NCBI GenBank assembly: GCA_907165135.1
Contig: OU015566.1
Span: forward strand, 13,888,001 to 13,952,000
Reading direction: 5' to 3'
DNA from: Oikopleura dioica
Taxonomy: Eukaryota; Animalia; Chordata
Length of the DNA stretch: 64,000 bases
Below are positions 34,767 through 47,715 of the stretch, piece by piece; positions within the stretch are counted from its first letter, which is position 1, and each line of letters begins with the position of its first letter. Below the pieces are notes generated by a model. The model was not told the DNA's origin, did no database searches, and worked only from the letters and a program-made list of their open reading frames with translations. The position numbers and the translations under genes were made by a program.

Positions 34767-35812
34767 GACGAATTTCAATAAGAATTTTTCGGCCAAAAAT
34801 GGCCCCCTTTTTATGTGCTCATATGAAAGAGCGTAAAAGTTATGCTAGAAAAAATATTTTTTTGCCCGAGGGCATAAATTATGACTCATAGGTCAGTTTG
34901 AAAAATTTTCAAACTCCCCTAAATAGCCTCCGGGCACTTATTTTTCGGGATTTTTGACGTCACTAGAATCCTCAGGACATAAGCTTTTGGTAGACCCCTC
35001 AACCGCGGTAAACCGCCCGGTTAACCGCGTGGTTCACCGCGGTTCATTTCCTTAGTCATAGTACACATACCAATATACATATCAATCGACTTCTTTTTGA
35101 TGCTGGATTAATTTTTGAGCATGAAAACACATGACCGCATGGTCAACCGCCCGGTTAACCGCGTGGTTCACCGCGGTTCATTTCCTTAGGCATAGTACTC
35201 ATACCAATATACATATCAATCGACTTCTTTTTTGATGCTGGATTCATTTTTGAGCATGAAAACACATGACCGCATGGTCAACCGCCCGGTTCGGGATTGC
35301 TGATGAATATTTTTTCAAAAATTGCTTTCAAAACTGAAAATTTTTCAAAGCTGAATAATTTTCAAACCTGCAAAACTTTGAAAACTGAGTAATCTTATGA
35401 ACTAAAAATATTTCAAAACTGAAAATGAACCACTTGGCTAACCGCCCGGTTAACAGCGGTTCAAAGCGATTCACGCTCTGAATAATCACAAAATGTGGAC
35501 ATATGTATATCAGAATGCTTTTCTACTCAATAGGAGTCTTTAAAACAGATATTTGAACCGAACCACTAAGGTAACCGCCCGGTTCAAAGCGGTTCAGAGT
35601 TATTCACGCTCTTAGTATCCACAAAATGCTGAAAATGTTTATCAAAATGCTTGAATCTACTGAAAATTTTTCAAACTGACCTATGAGTCATAATTTATGC
35701 CCTCGGGCAAAAAAAAATATTTTTTTCTAGCATAACTTTTTACGCTCTTTCATATGAGCACATAAAAAGGGGGGCCATTTTTTTGGCCGAAAAACTCTTA
35801 TTGAAATTCGTC
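34767..35812. mobile_element. 1046-bp non-autonomous foldback-type element, ~145-bp TIRs, 3-bp CAA flanking duplication, internal ~146-bp tandem repeat
   Basis: GACGAATTTCAATAAG...GGTCAGTTTGAAAAATTTTCA is mirrored at ~35665-35812. CAA is at 34764-34766 and 35813-35815. AACCGCCCGGTT recurs internally. No ORF. Confidence 0.85.
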
Positions 35813-36677
35813 CAAGTGAGCGAAAATTAAATGTGAGCTTGGCTTAGAAAGTGGCTAATGAGTGGTGTGCTGGTTCGGCCCCTTACTCGCCACAGCTTGC
35901 AGCTCTAAAACTCCTTTCGATAAGGAAGGGGAAAGCAAAACAAAGCGAGCAGAGAACGGACACGGGGATACTTACACAGTTTAGACAAAAATTGAGAGAT
36001 AGTGTTAGAAGCTGAACGGAACAGATGCCAACTTAAGGGTCACCTGGCCACTTTAGACGCTGGCTAAATCGAATGCCAAAAATGCTTTCAAATCTTTTGC
36101 CAGAATTTTTGATGTTGGAGCTTGTTTTCGAGTCGAAAATCATTTTAAAATTGAGTTGCGCAAATTTCATTTTTGAACTTGGCGCCCAAAATAAAGAAAT
36201 ATAATTGGTTAATTTTGAGCTTTTCTGTTTAAATGTTTCTTTTAGAAAAATTTCGCCAGCTTGTTTTTTCAGCGCTAGAATCAGCAGAAAATGGAAAAAA
36301 TACAAAAGTCGGCTTCAACCTTTTTCTTCAGTATTTTATCACCATGTTAACTTTTGTCCACAAACGCTCAGCAAAAAGTTATCTCGAATCGTTTTTTCGA
36401 GAAGCGGCGATTCTGCTGAGAGACGGCCAGGCTCGTAGAAAATGGGATGAAGATACAAACAGGGCGATAACGCCCAAGCAACGCGGCGAGAGAAAATTTT
36501 AATCGCAAACTGTTTAACCCTTGCATGCATAATATTTGGAGCGAGTGTTAGGCGCACTGGCGAAAAAAAAAAGAGACAATCTGATCAGCAATACCGAGTC
36601 CTACCATATTTGTTCCAGTAGGTTCCTTTTATTTTCATCCTTTTCTGATCAATTTTAGTTTTTGGCGCCAAGTTTAA

Positions 36678-37208
36678 CCGCATGGGACAGATCGGGGGAT
36701 AGAGGCGCTCGGACAGAAGGTGTATTCCACTGCACTTAAGAAAACTACTGGTCGGATAAACTTGAAAATTATACCCAATACTAATTTTGGGGTGTAGATT
36801 TCAAATCCGCTATCAAAATTTGCATAGCGCTTTTCCTTATTGCAATAAAAATGCCATTTATCTCAGGGGGGTTTCAAAAATTATCTCTTATTTAGATTTC
36901 TCGAAAAAGTAAATTCAATATTTGAAATCAGCGATATGGAAAACATATAAAACCCCTTTTAGTAGACAAAATTCTTGATATTGGTTCGGTTTCAATGTGC
37001 AAACACTCAGCGGGAGGGCAATTAGGCCGCATATAATCCGGTGCAGAGGGCGGTTGGTAACCGATAATTCCTTGAAACTTATCAGACCTGCTCCAATTAT
37101 ATGAAGGAACAACCATTTTAATTTTTATCTAATTTTGACAATCCGTTCGGAAGTTATTTAGCTGAAAAGTCCTTAAGTGCAGTGGAATACACCTTCTGTC
37201 CCATGCGG
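36678..37208. mobile_element. 531-bp piggyBac-like non-autonomous element
   Basis: TTAA-CCGCATGGGACAGA...AGGTGTATTCCACTGCACTTAAG on the left (with a ~27-bp internal insertion) mirrors CTTAAGTGCAGTGGAATACACCTTCTGTCCCATGCGG-TTAA on the right. Confidence 0.85.
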
Positions 37209-40200
37209 TTAAAAAGGAACTTTGCGCAACTATTTTTTTTTAATTTTCGAGTCGAAAAGCTTCCTATTTTCGCTTTTTTATTGTGGCCCTAAATTATGAT
37301 CCCTTTTGATCCCCGAGCGAAAAACAAATGTGAATGTCAATTTGCCCTTAGTACACTTTTACGATGGGAATCAAGATTTATCGTCGTAATCAATTTCAAA
37401 GGGCGGATAACAGTAAACCCTTGTCAGTCCGAGATGCGCTAAATGAAAACTTGACTTCCGGTTCGTAAGTCTGACACTTCGTAAAAACCCCACTATTTTA
37501 ATGATGTCCGGATGTTCTAAAAAAAGGAGGATTTGCATCAATGGCTCCGAAAAATCGACTAAATGATGATGAAGGAAATACGCATCGTTGAATAAAACAA
37601 CACTTCTCTTTGGGTTAAAAACCGCTTGGTTCTCCAGAATCGGGCGGTTTTCTCCTGAGCTGGCTCTGAGCAAAGTCTGAGCTGCAGAAATTCTATGATT
37701 CTAAAGGGGTTCACGCGAATCGGCACCCACCAATTTCCGTGGTTGCGTAAGTAAACCTCACAGGTGCTACTCGACGAGGGGGACTTAAAATTTTAACCCA
37801 TCGTCGTCCGATCCTTCTCGCGTGCGATAATGCTCACTTCTCGCACAAACAACAAGAAGAGTGAACTGTTCGCAGTTTTCGTAAGTGTTCTACAAAAAAG
37901 GAGCCACAGATGCGGAAAGAGGTTAAAACGGGAAAGCAAAGCGCCGGGGAGTTTGATTATGCCGCCGTGGAGATTAATCAGGACGGGAAGGGGTTAGAAA
38001 AATGCATTTCAGGGTTCATTGAAGAGGTTGCCTAAATCTTTCTTTGATGCAACATTCTGATTTTCATCAAAAAAGGGGCGCTCAGGCCTGGAAAGGGTTA
38101 ATCATTCGTTCAGGAAGATATTTTATATTGACGAAGAAATGATTGTATTACAGTATTACTGTAAAATCGTGGTGGAATCTCAAGAGCCCCGGAAGGAGAA
38201 AATTATTTATACAATGGATTCATTTTCATTCTGGTTGAATAAGAATTTGCATTGCCGAGTGGACGACCCTTCAGATGCAGCTTATTCACACAGGGCGCAA
38301 TCACTGTATTTCAGTCCTAAGAAAACAGCGATAAGGAATCTCAAGAAATCTCCAAGAAATCGAAAATCGAAAAAACGATCGAAATCAGAATTTTCTCAAG
38401 ATTTTTAATCGCCCTGTTCAAATGCCGTGTTCAAACAAATTGACCTCTGTAGGTTATTTCTAGAGTCTCCTGCCATGTTCATTTGTCCATTTTGTCTCCC
38501 ACCAAGATAGTCTCCCGCCGAGCAGGTCTCCTATCAGCCGATTCGGCACCCCGCTGTGACACAGACAAATTTGGCAAGTACCAATTTGAGCGAATTGTCA
38601 ACATGCGAGAATTTTTCATTTTTTCTCATGAAAATTTCAAATTTTTAACCCAATTTCCCGCCCACGAATTTCTTGAAATTAAGGGTCTCCCCGCTTTTTT
38701 GGGTCTTTTGAGAATTTCCACGACAGTTTTATATTCTGCCCGACGCCAGAAATAAACGTAAAAATGGGATAATCCGCTCCTAAGTAGTCCAAATAATATG
38801 CCTGGCAAATTCTAGTGCCTGAGTTGGGAAATTTTGAAAAGCGCATTAGAGGATCAGAATGCGCACAATTTGCGCAAACAAATACGTCAACGCCGGAATA
38901 TACGAAAAATTTAATTTACTAAAGAAGGCTTTTTTACGAAGAGTCATTGGATTCAATATACCGTTTATAATGGTTTTAAGGCTCTACCACTCGATATCCA
39001 GGCAAAAAACTTTTCATACAAAAAACTGTTATTTGAGGATCATACAGTCAATTATACGATAGAAATCCTCTGAAAAAACGAATAAGGAAGAGATACCCTT
39101 AAGAAAAATACCGAAAATAAGGGTGTATCAGTCGAAAAATTGAGATTTTTAACCGTTTTTCATGATTTTTTTCTCACAAATTTGCAATTTCGAATTTGTA
39201 AATATCGGCTGGTAGAACCTTAATTCCACAAAAAAAGCCTCTGAAAACGTGTGGCAAAAGTATTCATGTTTTTTCCCGTGAACCATGTTTACGAATACTT
39301 TGTTGTCTTTATCCTTGTTTTACCAAAAACGGGTCTTGTTTGTTATTCCGCGCATTTTTTCCCGAAAGATGAAAATTACGAATTTTGCGAGTTTCACGAA
39401 TTAGCGGTTTGAAAAGTTGAAGAAAAAGTGCACGGGATAATTTGATTGCATGAAAAACTGAATGCTTTTTCGTCATCGCGAAAATTGAAATTATCATAAA
39501 ACAATGTTTTGCGTTTTTGAGACTGTCATTTTTTCATGTTCTGGTCGGGCGCCAATGTATACTCTTAAATTTTGTTCCCACCTCGAATTATTAAATAAAA
39601 CAAACGAAATCAAAAAATTTCGAATTTAGCAAAGAAAATTTTTTAATAAAACATGATTTTTTTCTTAAGGGTATCACTAAGAAATTGAGCCAAAATGAAA
39701 CCGAGAAAAGAGGGAGATACCCTTATTTTTTTCGCGCGAAAATCGATGCTTTTTGAACTTGAAAACCTGTTATTTGAAAATTAATTAGCAATCAAAGGGT
39801 ACACCCTTAAGGTCAACCCATAAAATTAGTTTTTCTACGCGCTTGATTGATAATTAAAAATTACTCCTGGCAAAGAAAAATCAATCCAATCGCTTCCAAT
39901 CCATCAAATCATCACTCAATCTCCCCAATTTTTCAATTTTCCGAAATCACGAAATTACATGGATACCCTTAATTTTACGAAAATATTCTTCAATTTTTTC
40001 AATGATCTTGAATCTTCAAAAATGAGATTTCATGCTTCCCCATTATCGATTTTTTATTATTCTTTTTTGCCGAGTACATTCATTTCATTAATGATTAAGG
40101 GTGTATCCCGTACCTTTTACGGCATACAAAAGCATGCAAAATAATATCATTTCTTCGTTTTTCGTTTTTCGTTTTTTTTCAGCAAAATCTCTTTTCTTTT

Positions 40201-40673
40201 AGCTCGTTTAGCTCTGTTTTCAAAAAAGAAGAAGGGTTGCTTCGTTAGTAGTAAAAAAAATTAAGGATCCACCTTAGATTGTTGGTGCTTTACAATTGTA
40301 TTTTTTTTCGATCCCGAGAGCGCGCGCGGGGACGGAGCGCGGCGCGGTGGAGCTCAAGCGCGCCAGCTACGAGAGAGTCCGAGCGGCGCGGATTCTGGCG
40401 CTAGCGAGGTGCAACGGAGAAGACAATGGTCTCGGGCTCAGACGAGGCAAGACTTGGTGGAGGGGGGTAGAGAGCTGGGCAGAGAGGGGGAAGATCGAAT
40501 TATATGTTATGGGAATCCAAGATTTAATGCAAATAAATATGATTTGAAAACATGATTTTAAGATTTTGGCTATCAGAATCTATTTCGATATATACGACTC
40601 GAAAAATTATTGCAATACAAATTAGACTAGACTCTGTAGTAAAGTATGCAGTAATATCCACATAAATTTATTA

Positions 40674-41671
40674 TGACGTCAGGGGTTGTCCACTTTGTGT
40701 CGGGGTCAAAACTTCGCACCTGGAAAGAACGGGCAGGATCTCCAGCCGAGCAAATAGGATGCAAGGGTCGGCCGACATGTGCTAACTCCTGCAGAGACTG
40801 CTCTCAGCGCAAAATCGGAGCTGCACTCGGCACGAGATGTGTGAGCCATTGAGTAAATATGATCACAGGGCAGATTGAGCTCAAGATTAGGATCAATCTC
40901 AGCCGCGGATAAGCTTCAAATATGAAAAAATGGAAAACTCAAAAATAAAAATTGGTCAATTCTTGCCTCAAGGGGTAATCAAGGGCGTAGATTCCGATTT
41001 CGGCGTCAAAACTGACTTTAAAAGATCCCCACCACGGTTTTGGACGAAATGGTCCTCGCACGGACCAAAATTGTGAAAACCAGGGTTAAGGGAAGTAAAT
41101 ATTTTTTAATTAATCTTACCCTACCGAATTGTCATTTTTAGCCGACCCGCCAAAACACCTCAGGAACCCTCACCCTAACCCTAACCAAGAGTTTTTAAAA
41201 AATAGCTAAGCGATAGATATCTACAGTTTTTTTTTTTACTTTTTTCAAAACTTCAAGGCATTTCTGCGCGAAAGCTAATTTTTTGACTCTCGTGCCTCAG
41301 GAGGTGTATAATAAGTTATTATTAATAACCTTTCTTTCACCCTTATTTCGCCAATAGTAAGCTAAAAATTAGAAGATTTGTCCAACTTATATTTTTTCGC
41401 ATTATTGTCAATAATTTATTGAGACTTATACGCGGCTGAGCTTGATCCTGATCTTGGACTCAATATGCCCTGTGATCATACACTGTACTTACTCAATGGC
41501 TCACACATCTCGTGCCGAGTGCAGCTCCGATTTTGCGCTGAGAGCAGTCTCTGCAGGAGTTAGCACATGTCGGCCGACCCTTGCATCCTATTTGCTCGGC
41601 TGGAGATCCTGCCCGTTCTTTCCAGGTGCGAAGTTTTGACCCCGACACAAAGTGGAGTGTGCCTGACGTCA
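40674..41671. mobile_element. 998-bp element with ~235-bp near-identical inverted arms, flanked by TA
   Basis: 40674-40907 is the reverse complement of 41431-41671 at high identity; termini TA-TGACGTCAGG...CCTGACGTCA-TA. Confidence 0.85.
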
Positions 41672-44600
41672 TAATTTTGATTCAAAATTAAGGGTGTTTC
41701 TCCTCTATTTCTGAGAAAACTGGAACAAGTCGAAAAACCGTAGCTTGAGAAGAAATACAGTTGGAACATACTGAAACCCGATTAAGGCACCCTTCTTCCG
41801 CTCGATTGCCGATCAAAAAGCCCGTATCTAACGAGAAGCGATAATCAATAAGTTATTGTCATTGTCAATAATATTGACAATAACGCAAAACCTGCAGTTT
41901 TCTTCTTCTTCTTCCCTGCTGCGCAAATTTTTTAATCTTCATCAAGTCTAAAAGAAACATCTTGATCCGGCGGGTGCCGTTTACCAGTGCCCCTCGCTGC
42001 GTGTGCATTTCCGTTTTATTTTTTAACAACAGGAACAGATTGGGAAACAGGCCAATTTCTCTCCAAAAAGGAGGCTACATCCAATTTGCCCGGTTAGAAA
42101 TTTTACATCACGATGGTTTTTGGAAAGGAGGGGATTATGCTTCAACCTTTTGATTTACGAAAAAGGGATGAGCCGAAATCCGGACAGGGGTAAACAGCAA
42201 TCGCTCTCTTCTCTCTTCTCACAAGGATTTGGAGAGCCAAAACATTTTTATTCCTCGTTCCGAATTTTTACGGAATAAAAGTTTCGATTCAAAATTCATC
42301 AAAAAAGGGGTGGTGTCTGGAACCGACAAAAAATTCGACAAATTTTGCGTGGGCTGCTTCTCGGCTGCTGATTCGCCCGTTTGCCGAATCCAGGCTTCTG
42401 ATTGGTTGAAAATTTCCACGCAAAATTTGTCGATTTTTTGTCGGTTCCCCCAAAAGGTCTTTACAGTACATCTTTACGTAGTTTGAGGCGACTGTAACTG
42501 ACTGTAATGGTTTTACTGGCTCTTAGTCGAATCGAGCAGATACAGTTATTGCGGCGAGTGTACCTAAAGACGTGTTTCTAATAAAAGATAAAAGAAGTCC
42601 CGCGCAGGCCAATTCGTTTTTCTGCCAGACAGCTAAATTTATCCGACAGTTTGAAACGGGCGTGACAGGGCTCTTTTGTGGAAGGTGCGATTCTTGAATC
42701 ATTAGCCGGCTTATCAAAGCTCTCAAGGGCCCACAAGTCAGATCGCCGAGTGTTTGCCCATCCCTCTTTTCCGTTCTTTATCCTCTTCAATCACGGCCCG
42801 AGCGGGAAATTTTCGTCATATTTGAACGCTCCGAATTGCAGCTCTTTGAAGAAATATCGAGGACGATGGAAATTTTTGAATGATTTATTGACTTTTACGC
42901 TGATGGCTGGCCAAATTTGTCATAGTACTAAGAAAGCATCAGGGTTAGGACAAGGGTTGAAATCTGATTGGCCTACAGGCAAAAAGCGGAAATTTGATTG
43001 GTCAAAAAGTTTCTCAAAATTTTTGCTAAAATAATTGATCAAAAATTGTCGATTCTTGCCATCTTCCCTTTTTCTGTCTAGTAGACTTTTTCTGTCTAGT
43101 AGACATTTCTCAAAAAATGTCTGCCAGACTTTTTTTCAGACAAAAGAAACTCTTTCGGCAAAAAAGAATTCGTTATTTTTCGCGATAAAAGCCAATTGCC
43201 GCTTTCTACGGAAGAGCTTTTCGTTTGAGCTCTTTTAGAGCAGCATCGATCCTCCCTGCCGCGTTCCCAACAAATTATCCGTTGAGTCGATTGTGCTCTT
43301 TAAAATTCTCAAAATTAGATTTTCAAATTTCCAACTCGATTTCGCCGATAAAAGGCTGCCCACTCTTATCGCCAAAACGAGCGCTGAGGTACTTTTCGCC
43401 ATCTGCTTCAGTAAAAAGAAAGATAAGGGGCAAATAACGCGTAAAATTAAAGATGCGCGGTAGTTAGCCTCACTTTTTATCACGCAAATCGTGTAAAGAG
43501 GGGGACTGATTTTGAGGAAAACAAGAGTAATTGGCAATTATTGGGGATTTTGGAATGATGAACTTTTTTGCCACGTGACTCAGTATCCTTTGAGCTTTTC
43601 ATCAAAAATATTAAGGCTCTTCATTTTATAAGGCTCTCAAATTAGTTTTCAACTGAAAAATAAGGGCGTCACTGTACTAAGATTGAAAAATAACTAAAAA
43701 ACGTTTGCCGTCTGAATTAAGGGAGTCATCATGAATAGCGTTCTTTTTCGAACTTTGACGAGTAGAATTAAGATTGTGACACCCTTATTTTTCTTCTCAA
43801 AATAGAGTTGAGACCCTTATCTTCAAAAAGAACTTATGCCAACCCTCTTCAATCTCATAAAACACCTTCATTTTTTCGAAAATTTATTCAAATTTAATTC
43901 AGCAAAGAAGATTTTCGAAACTAGGTTCACCAACCAAAGGTCAGGGAGCTTCGATTCACCTGGGCCCGTTCTTCAAATCATTTGGCCGTCCTCCAGTGTT
44001 GCGGAATTGACCTGGACGTGTCCTCAATGTGAAATTAATGTCCCTCCTCTTGGAATATTTTTCTTTGTCTGCGAGACATGTTCTTTTCTTTCAATCAAGC
44101 GCATGGATTCCAAGTGGCTTGTGGTTGTTTTTATTCCGAATTTGATAGAACCCACTTTTCAAAAAATAATTAACGAAGCTGGAAAAGAAAGCTTGGAACT
44201 TCCTGCAAGAAAGAAATTACGTGTCTATTTGACTACGTACTCAGGAAAGGCGCCTTTCCTTGTTTGGCTGGACGCGGGAAGCATTTAGGTTGTTCAATGC
44301 AAAATGCATTTTTTCGTTTTAAAAAATGTTGCTTTTTCGTAATTATCTTTTGAGGGCATTTTCGAACAACAATTTTTCGTCTTTTTCAAAGTTTTTGAAA
44401 CCGCTTTTCTTTTTATTTATAAAATACAATTAACCCCACCTGCGCTAGAATTCGCTCCCCGACCGCTACATGCGTGTCAAGGTTAAGGAGGCCTGAAACC
44501 GCAGAGGCTAGAATTTTCTTTTTCGAAAATTTAATTTTTCAAATTTTGCGCGATTTTATTTTTCAAATTTCGCGGTCAGGAGAGGTATTTTATTTCACAC

Positions 44601-44839
44601 GCGTGAAAAAATTGCGCGACTGTTTCCAAGTTTAAAATGGGGCCCTTTGAAGTTTGGACGCACGTGACTCGTGACCGGTTTATTAACCGGCAAATTAGGT
44701 GCTCCACCCTTACCGAAAAAGCGGGGTCTTTTGATGAGCTTATTTCAAATTTTGGTATTTTAATTTGAAAGTATTACCATCCATAATTGCAAGGGCTTTT
44801 TTATCTTCCGAACTTGACCTTTTTTCCTGAGCTGCTTCG

Positions 44840-45149
44840 AAAACCTGAGTCAGGGTCAGGATTAAAAAAGGATGAAATGTTAACTTAGCACTTCATCCTT
44901 TTTTTTAATCCTGACCCTGACTCAGGCTTTCCCTTGGATCGGAAACCTGCGTAGAAATCCTGAGTCAGGGTCTGAAAGATCTTAAATGAAAAGCCTTTTT
45001 CCTAAGCTGTTTTGAAAACCTGAGTCAGGGTCACGATTAAAAAAAGGATGAAATGCCAAGTTACCATTTCATTCCTGACCCTGATTCAGGTTTTCAAAAT
45101 TCAGGAAAAAGGTATTCATTTAAGATCTTTCAAACCCTGACTCAGATTT
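44840..45149. repeat. Two adjacent hairpin elements, the second nested, built on AAAACCTGAGTCAGGGTC arms
   Basis: A simple hairpin at 44840-44930 and a double-nested palindrome at 44955-45149. Confidence 0.85.
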
Positions 45150-47453
45150 TCCAGACAGGTTGCCGAGCCAAGGGACTGTCCCGACCTTCCCTTCTTTCAA
45201 AAAGATACAGTGAAAAAGGGTTGATCGATGAGGGCTACATGTGCAGAATCTAAGCCGTCTTGGACCATCTGTTCTGCCCCTAAAATGGAATGTCTCCTTC
45301 ATTTTCAGCGTTTTAATCAATTATGACACCATCTCTTTCTCCGAATATTATATTTATCGCGATTTCGGTCTTTTATATAAACTCATTTATTTTTAAATTC
45401 AGCATAAATCATCTGCTTTTTTTGAAACCCAAGATTCTGCCCTCTTTTTGGCTTGATCCGTTTACCCAGCTGAATTTGTCAAAAAAGGGCTGGTACTCCC
45501 GAGAAACGGCTGATCTCGCCCAGCCGGTCCCCAACGGGTTAATTTCGCTTCAATCAAGTGAAGTAGCATTTCGAATAAATCCGGGAAGATAAAGGATACT
45601 TTTGGCCGCGCGTTGTTTTACTACGCTCAGCGTGATATAAAAAGGGGATCAGCCGGATTTGAATTAAAAGGGATGCGGATCAGAATAAAATCGAGATAGA
45701 ATCTGAATTAGACAAAATTTAGATTAAGTAGATGCGCAAGTTTAGAAGATCTTGAGTAAGGGTCTACCTAGTTTTATTTTTCCCTACACGGGGCGTCCTC
45801 GATAGTGAATTTTCCATCCGGCTCGCTGATTGGTCGATTTGAAGGCTGTTTTCGATGGACTTATTAACGACTCTATTACCCTTAAAACTTTTCATAAAAA
45901 GCCAATCGCCCATTATTATGGATAACACGAGCTTCAAATTGACCAATCAGATGGCCCGATGAAAAATTCGCTATCGTAAAAGACCTGTGTAAGAAAATAT
46001 TAAAATGTGTATTGATTTTATTTGTCAGACAGATTTCTCCCCTGTCAGCTCTTTTTCCGACTCAAACGGCTTGTTTTGAAAACTGAGTTCCCTGGCTTGC
46101 TAGCCGCTCGAGGTGGCTGAGCATGACTTCTAGCGGGTTTGAAGAGGCGTCGCTGGTTTGATTTTTCACAAATTCCGCGGTCCAGATACAACTAAAAGAA
46201 TGTTTTCTGGGGCGTAGTGTAGCAAAACAGAGAGATGAGATAGAAGGCGGAAATTTTCTGCTCCTTATCGCGCTACTTCTTATCAGCTTTGGAAACAGAC
46301 GAAAAAACGCCGTGGCGGGAGAATGGGGACACGTGACGAGGACTGGAATTGCCCGGAAATTGAAGCACACTGAAGCCCGGATGGGAATAAATGCCTGCAA
46401 AATTCTCCAAAAGGGGTCAAGGGTAGAAATGGGGAAGAAATGGAGATGATAAGGGATGAAATTTCAAAAATATTTTTTTCGATAGGGGCTTGCTTTGAAA
46501 AATTTTTTTCTGTCAAAAAAATCGACAAATTTTGCGTGGGCGGCTCCTCGGCTGCTGACTGGCCGGTTTGCGGAATCCAGGCTTCTGATTGGTTGAAATT
46601 TCCACGCAAAATTTGTCGAAATTTTTGTCGGTTCCAGACACTTCCACAGGCAAAAGAGATGATTGATCAAATCTGTTTGAAAAAAGAAGAGAAAATTGAT
46701 AGTGTTAATTACCATTTGAGATGTTCCACGCTTTTTTAGGCGGAACCGCAGTGGACATATCCGACACGGGTTTCCACCTTGTCTCTAATCGATCCCTCGA
46801 TCCAATAAAGCCATCATTAAATTAATCCGAAAAAGAAGGTCATTTTCTGCTTCTGATTGTAAATGACTATTTCCGAGTTCATAAATCTGAGTTCGAAGAA
46901 CAACTTCTTATAAAATGTATGATTCCACGCATGGCACAACCCAAACATAGATTCGAGCCACTCTAGAGCTGTCAGTAGGGGCTGAGAGTGGGCCCACTCG
47001 TGCTGACCGCATATATTTTGGTAAGAAAAGCAACAAACGCAGAACTTTCTAAAACCAACCGTTCTTTTTTCTCGGCCTTTGTTTTCATTCTTTCGCCACG
47101 TAAAAGGGTTGAAACGAAATTTCAAATCTGAAATTTAATTATAAATTATCATCGAATCGATTTTTAGAAACTCAATTTTTAGCTTGGGTTTTCTTGAAAA
47201 CCCGGGCGCTAGAATTTCTTGAGAAAATTGCAGGAAACGCTGGCTTTTCTAAAAAAGCCATAAAGATAGTGTCTGTTTAGTCGGGTTAATTCCCGAAGTG
47301 ATAAAATTTCACTGAGATTCGCTTATTTCTCGCTGTTTACGCATGAGCAGCTGGGGGACAATAATTTTCGGCTCAAGAAATTAGCATTTTTTTTTCTTCG
47401 AGATGCAAATTCACGGGATAGCCGGAAATACGCCGGTCACACTTGAGATGATA

Positions 47454-47715
47454 CCAAAAGTACCGTTTTGTTTCAAATACGAATTCGAAATGAGCAGCGT
47501 CGAAAAATGGTGAAATCGATGTTGACACCCTTAAGAAAAAATGACAATTTTGAAGCTCTTACGAAGCAATCACAGTATTCTCGACAATAATTACTGTGAT
47601 TGCTTCAGAAAAGCTTCAAATTAGTCATTTTTACTTAAGGGTATCAACATCGATTTCGCCATTTTTCGACGCTGCTCATTTTGAATACGTATTCGAAAGA
47701 AAACAGTACTTTTGG
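47454..47715. repeat. ~260-bp palindrome (arms ~125 bp) containing outward-facing TTAAGGGT(A/G)TCAAC motifs
   Basis: CCAAAAGTAC...GAGCAGCGTCGAAAAATGG...GTTGACACCCTTAAG...CAATCACAGTA is mirrored by TACTGTGATTG...CTTAAGGGTATCAAC...CCATTTTTCGACGCTGCTC...GTACTTTTGG. Confidence 0.85.

Noticed and set aside
40296-40547. Very GC-rich stretch with an 83-aa ORF
   Set aside because: It could be the promoter or 5'UTR of the KIRREL gene, but I could not link it by splicing or find a signal-peptide exon.
17755-41186. Short TTAGGG/CCCTAA tracts (~17757-17772, ~22000, ~25393, ~41172-41186)
   Set aside because: Only 2-3 units each, too short to call interstitial telomeric arrays or a telomerase template.
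43836-44288. 150-aa ORF with a CPQC/CETC pattern
   Set aside because: Composition is AT-biased and non-coding-like, the Cys spacing fits no domain I recognise, and I found no consistent splice model on either strand.
4648-46715. Recurrent short ORFs with peptides like SAADWPVCGIQASDWLK / FQPIRSLDS (4648-4848, 42229-42486, 42289-42471, 46283-46739)
   Set aside because: They are translations of the ~135-bp MITE family copies, not a gene family.
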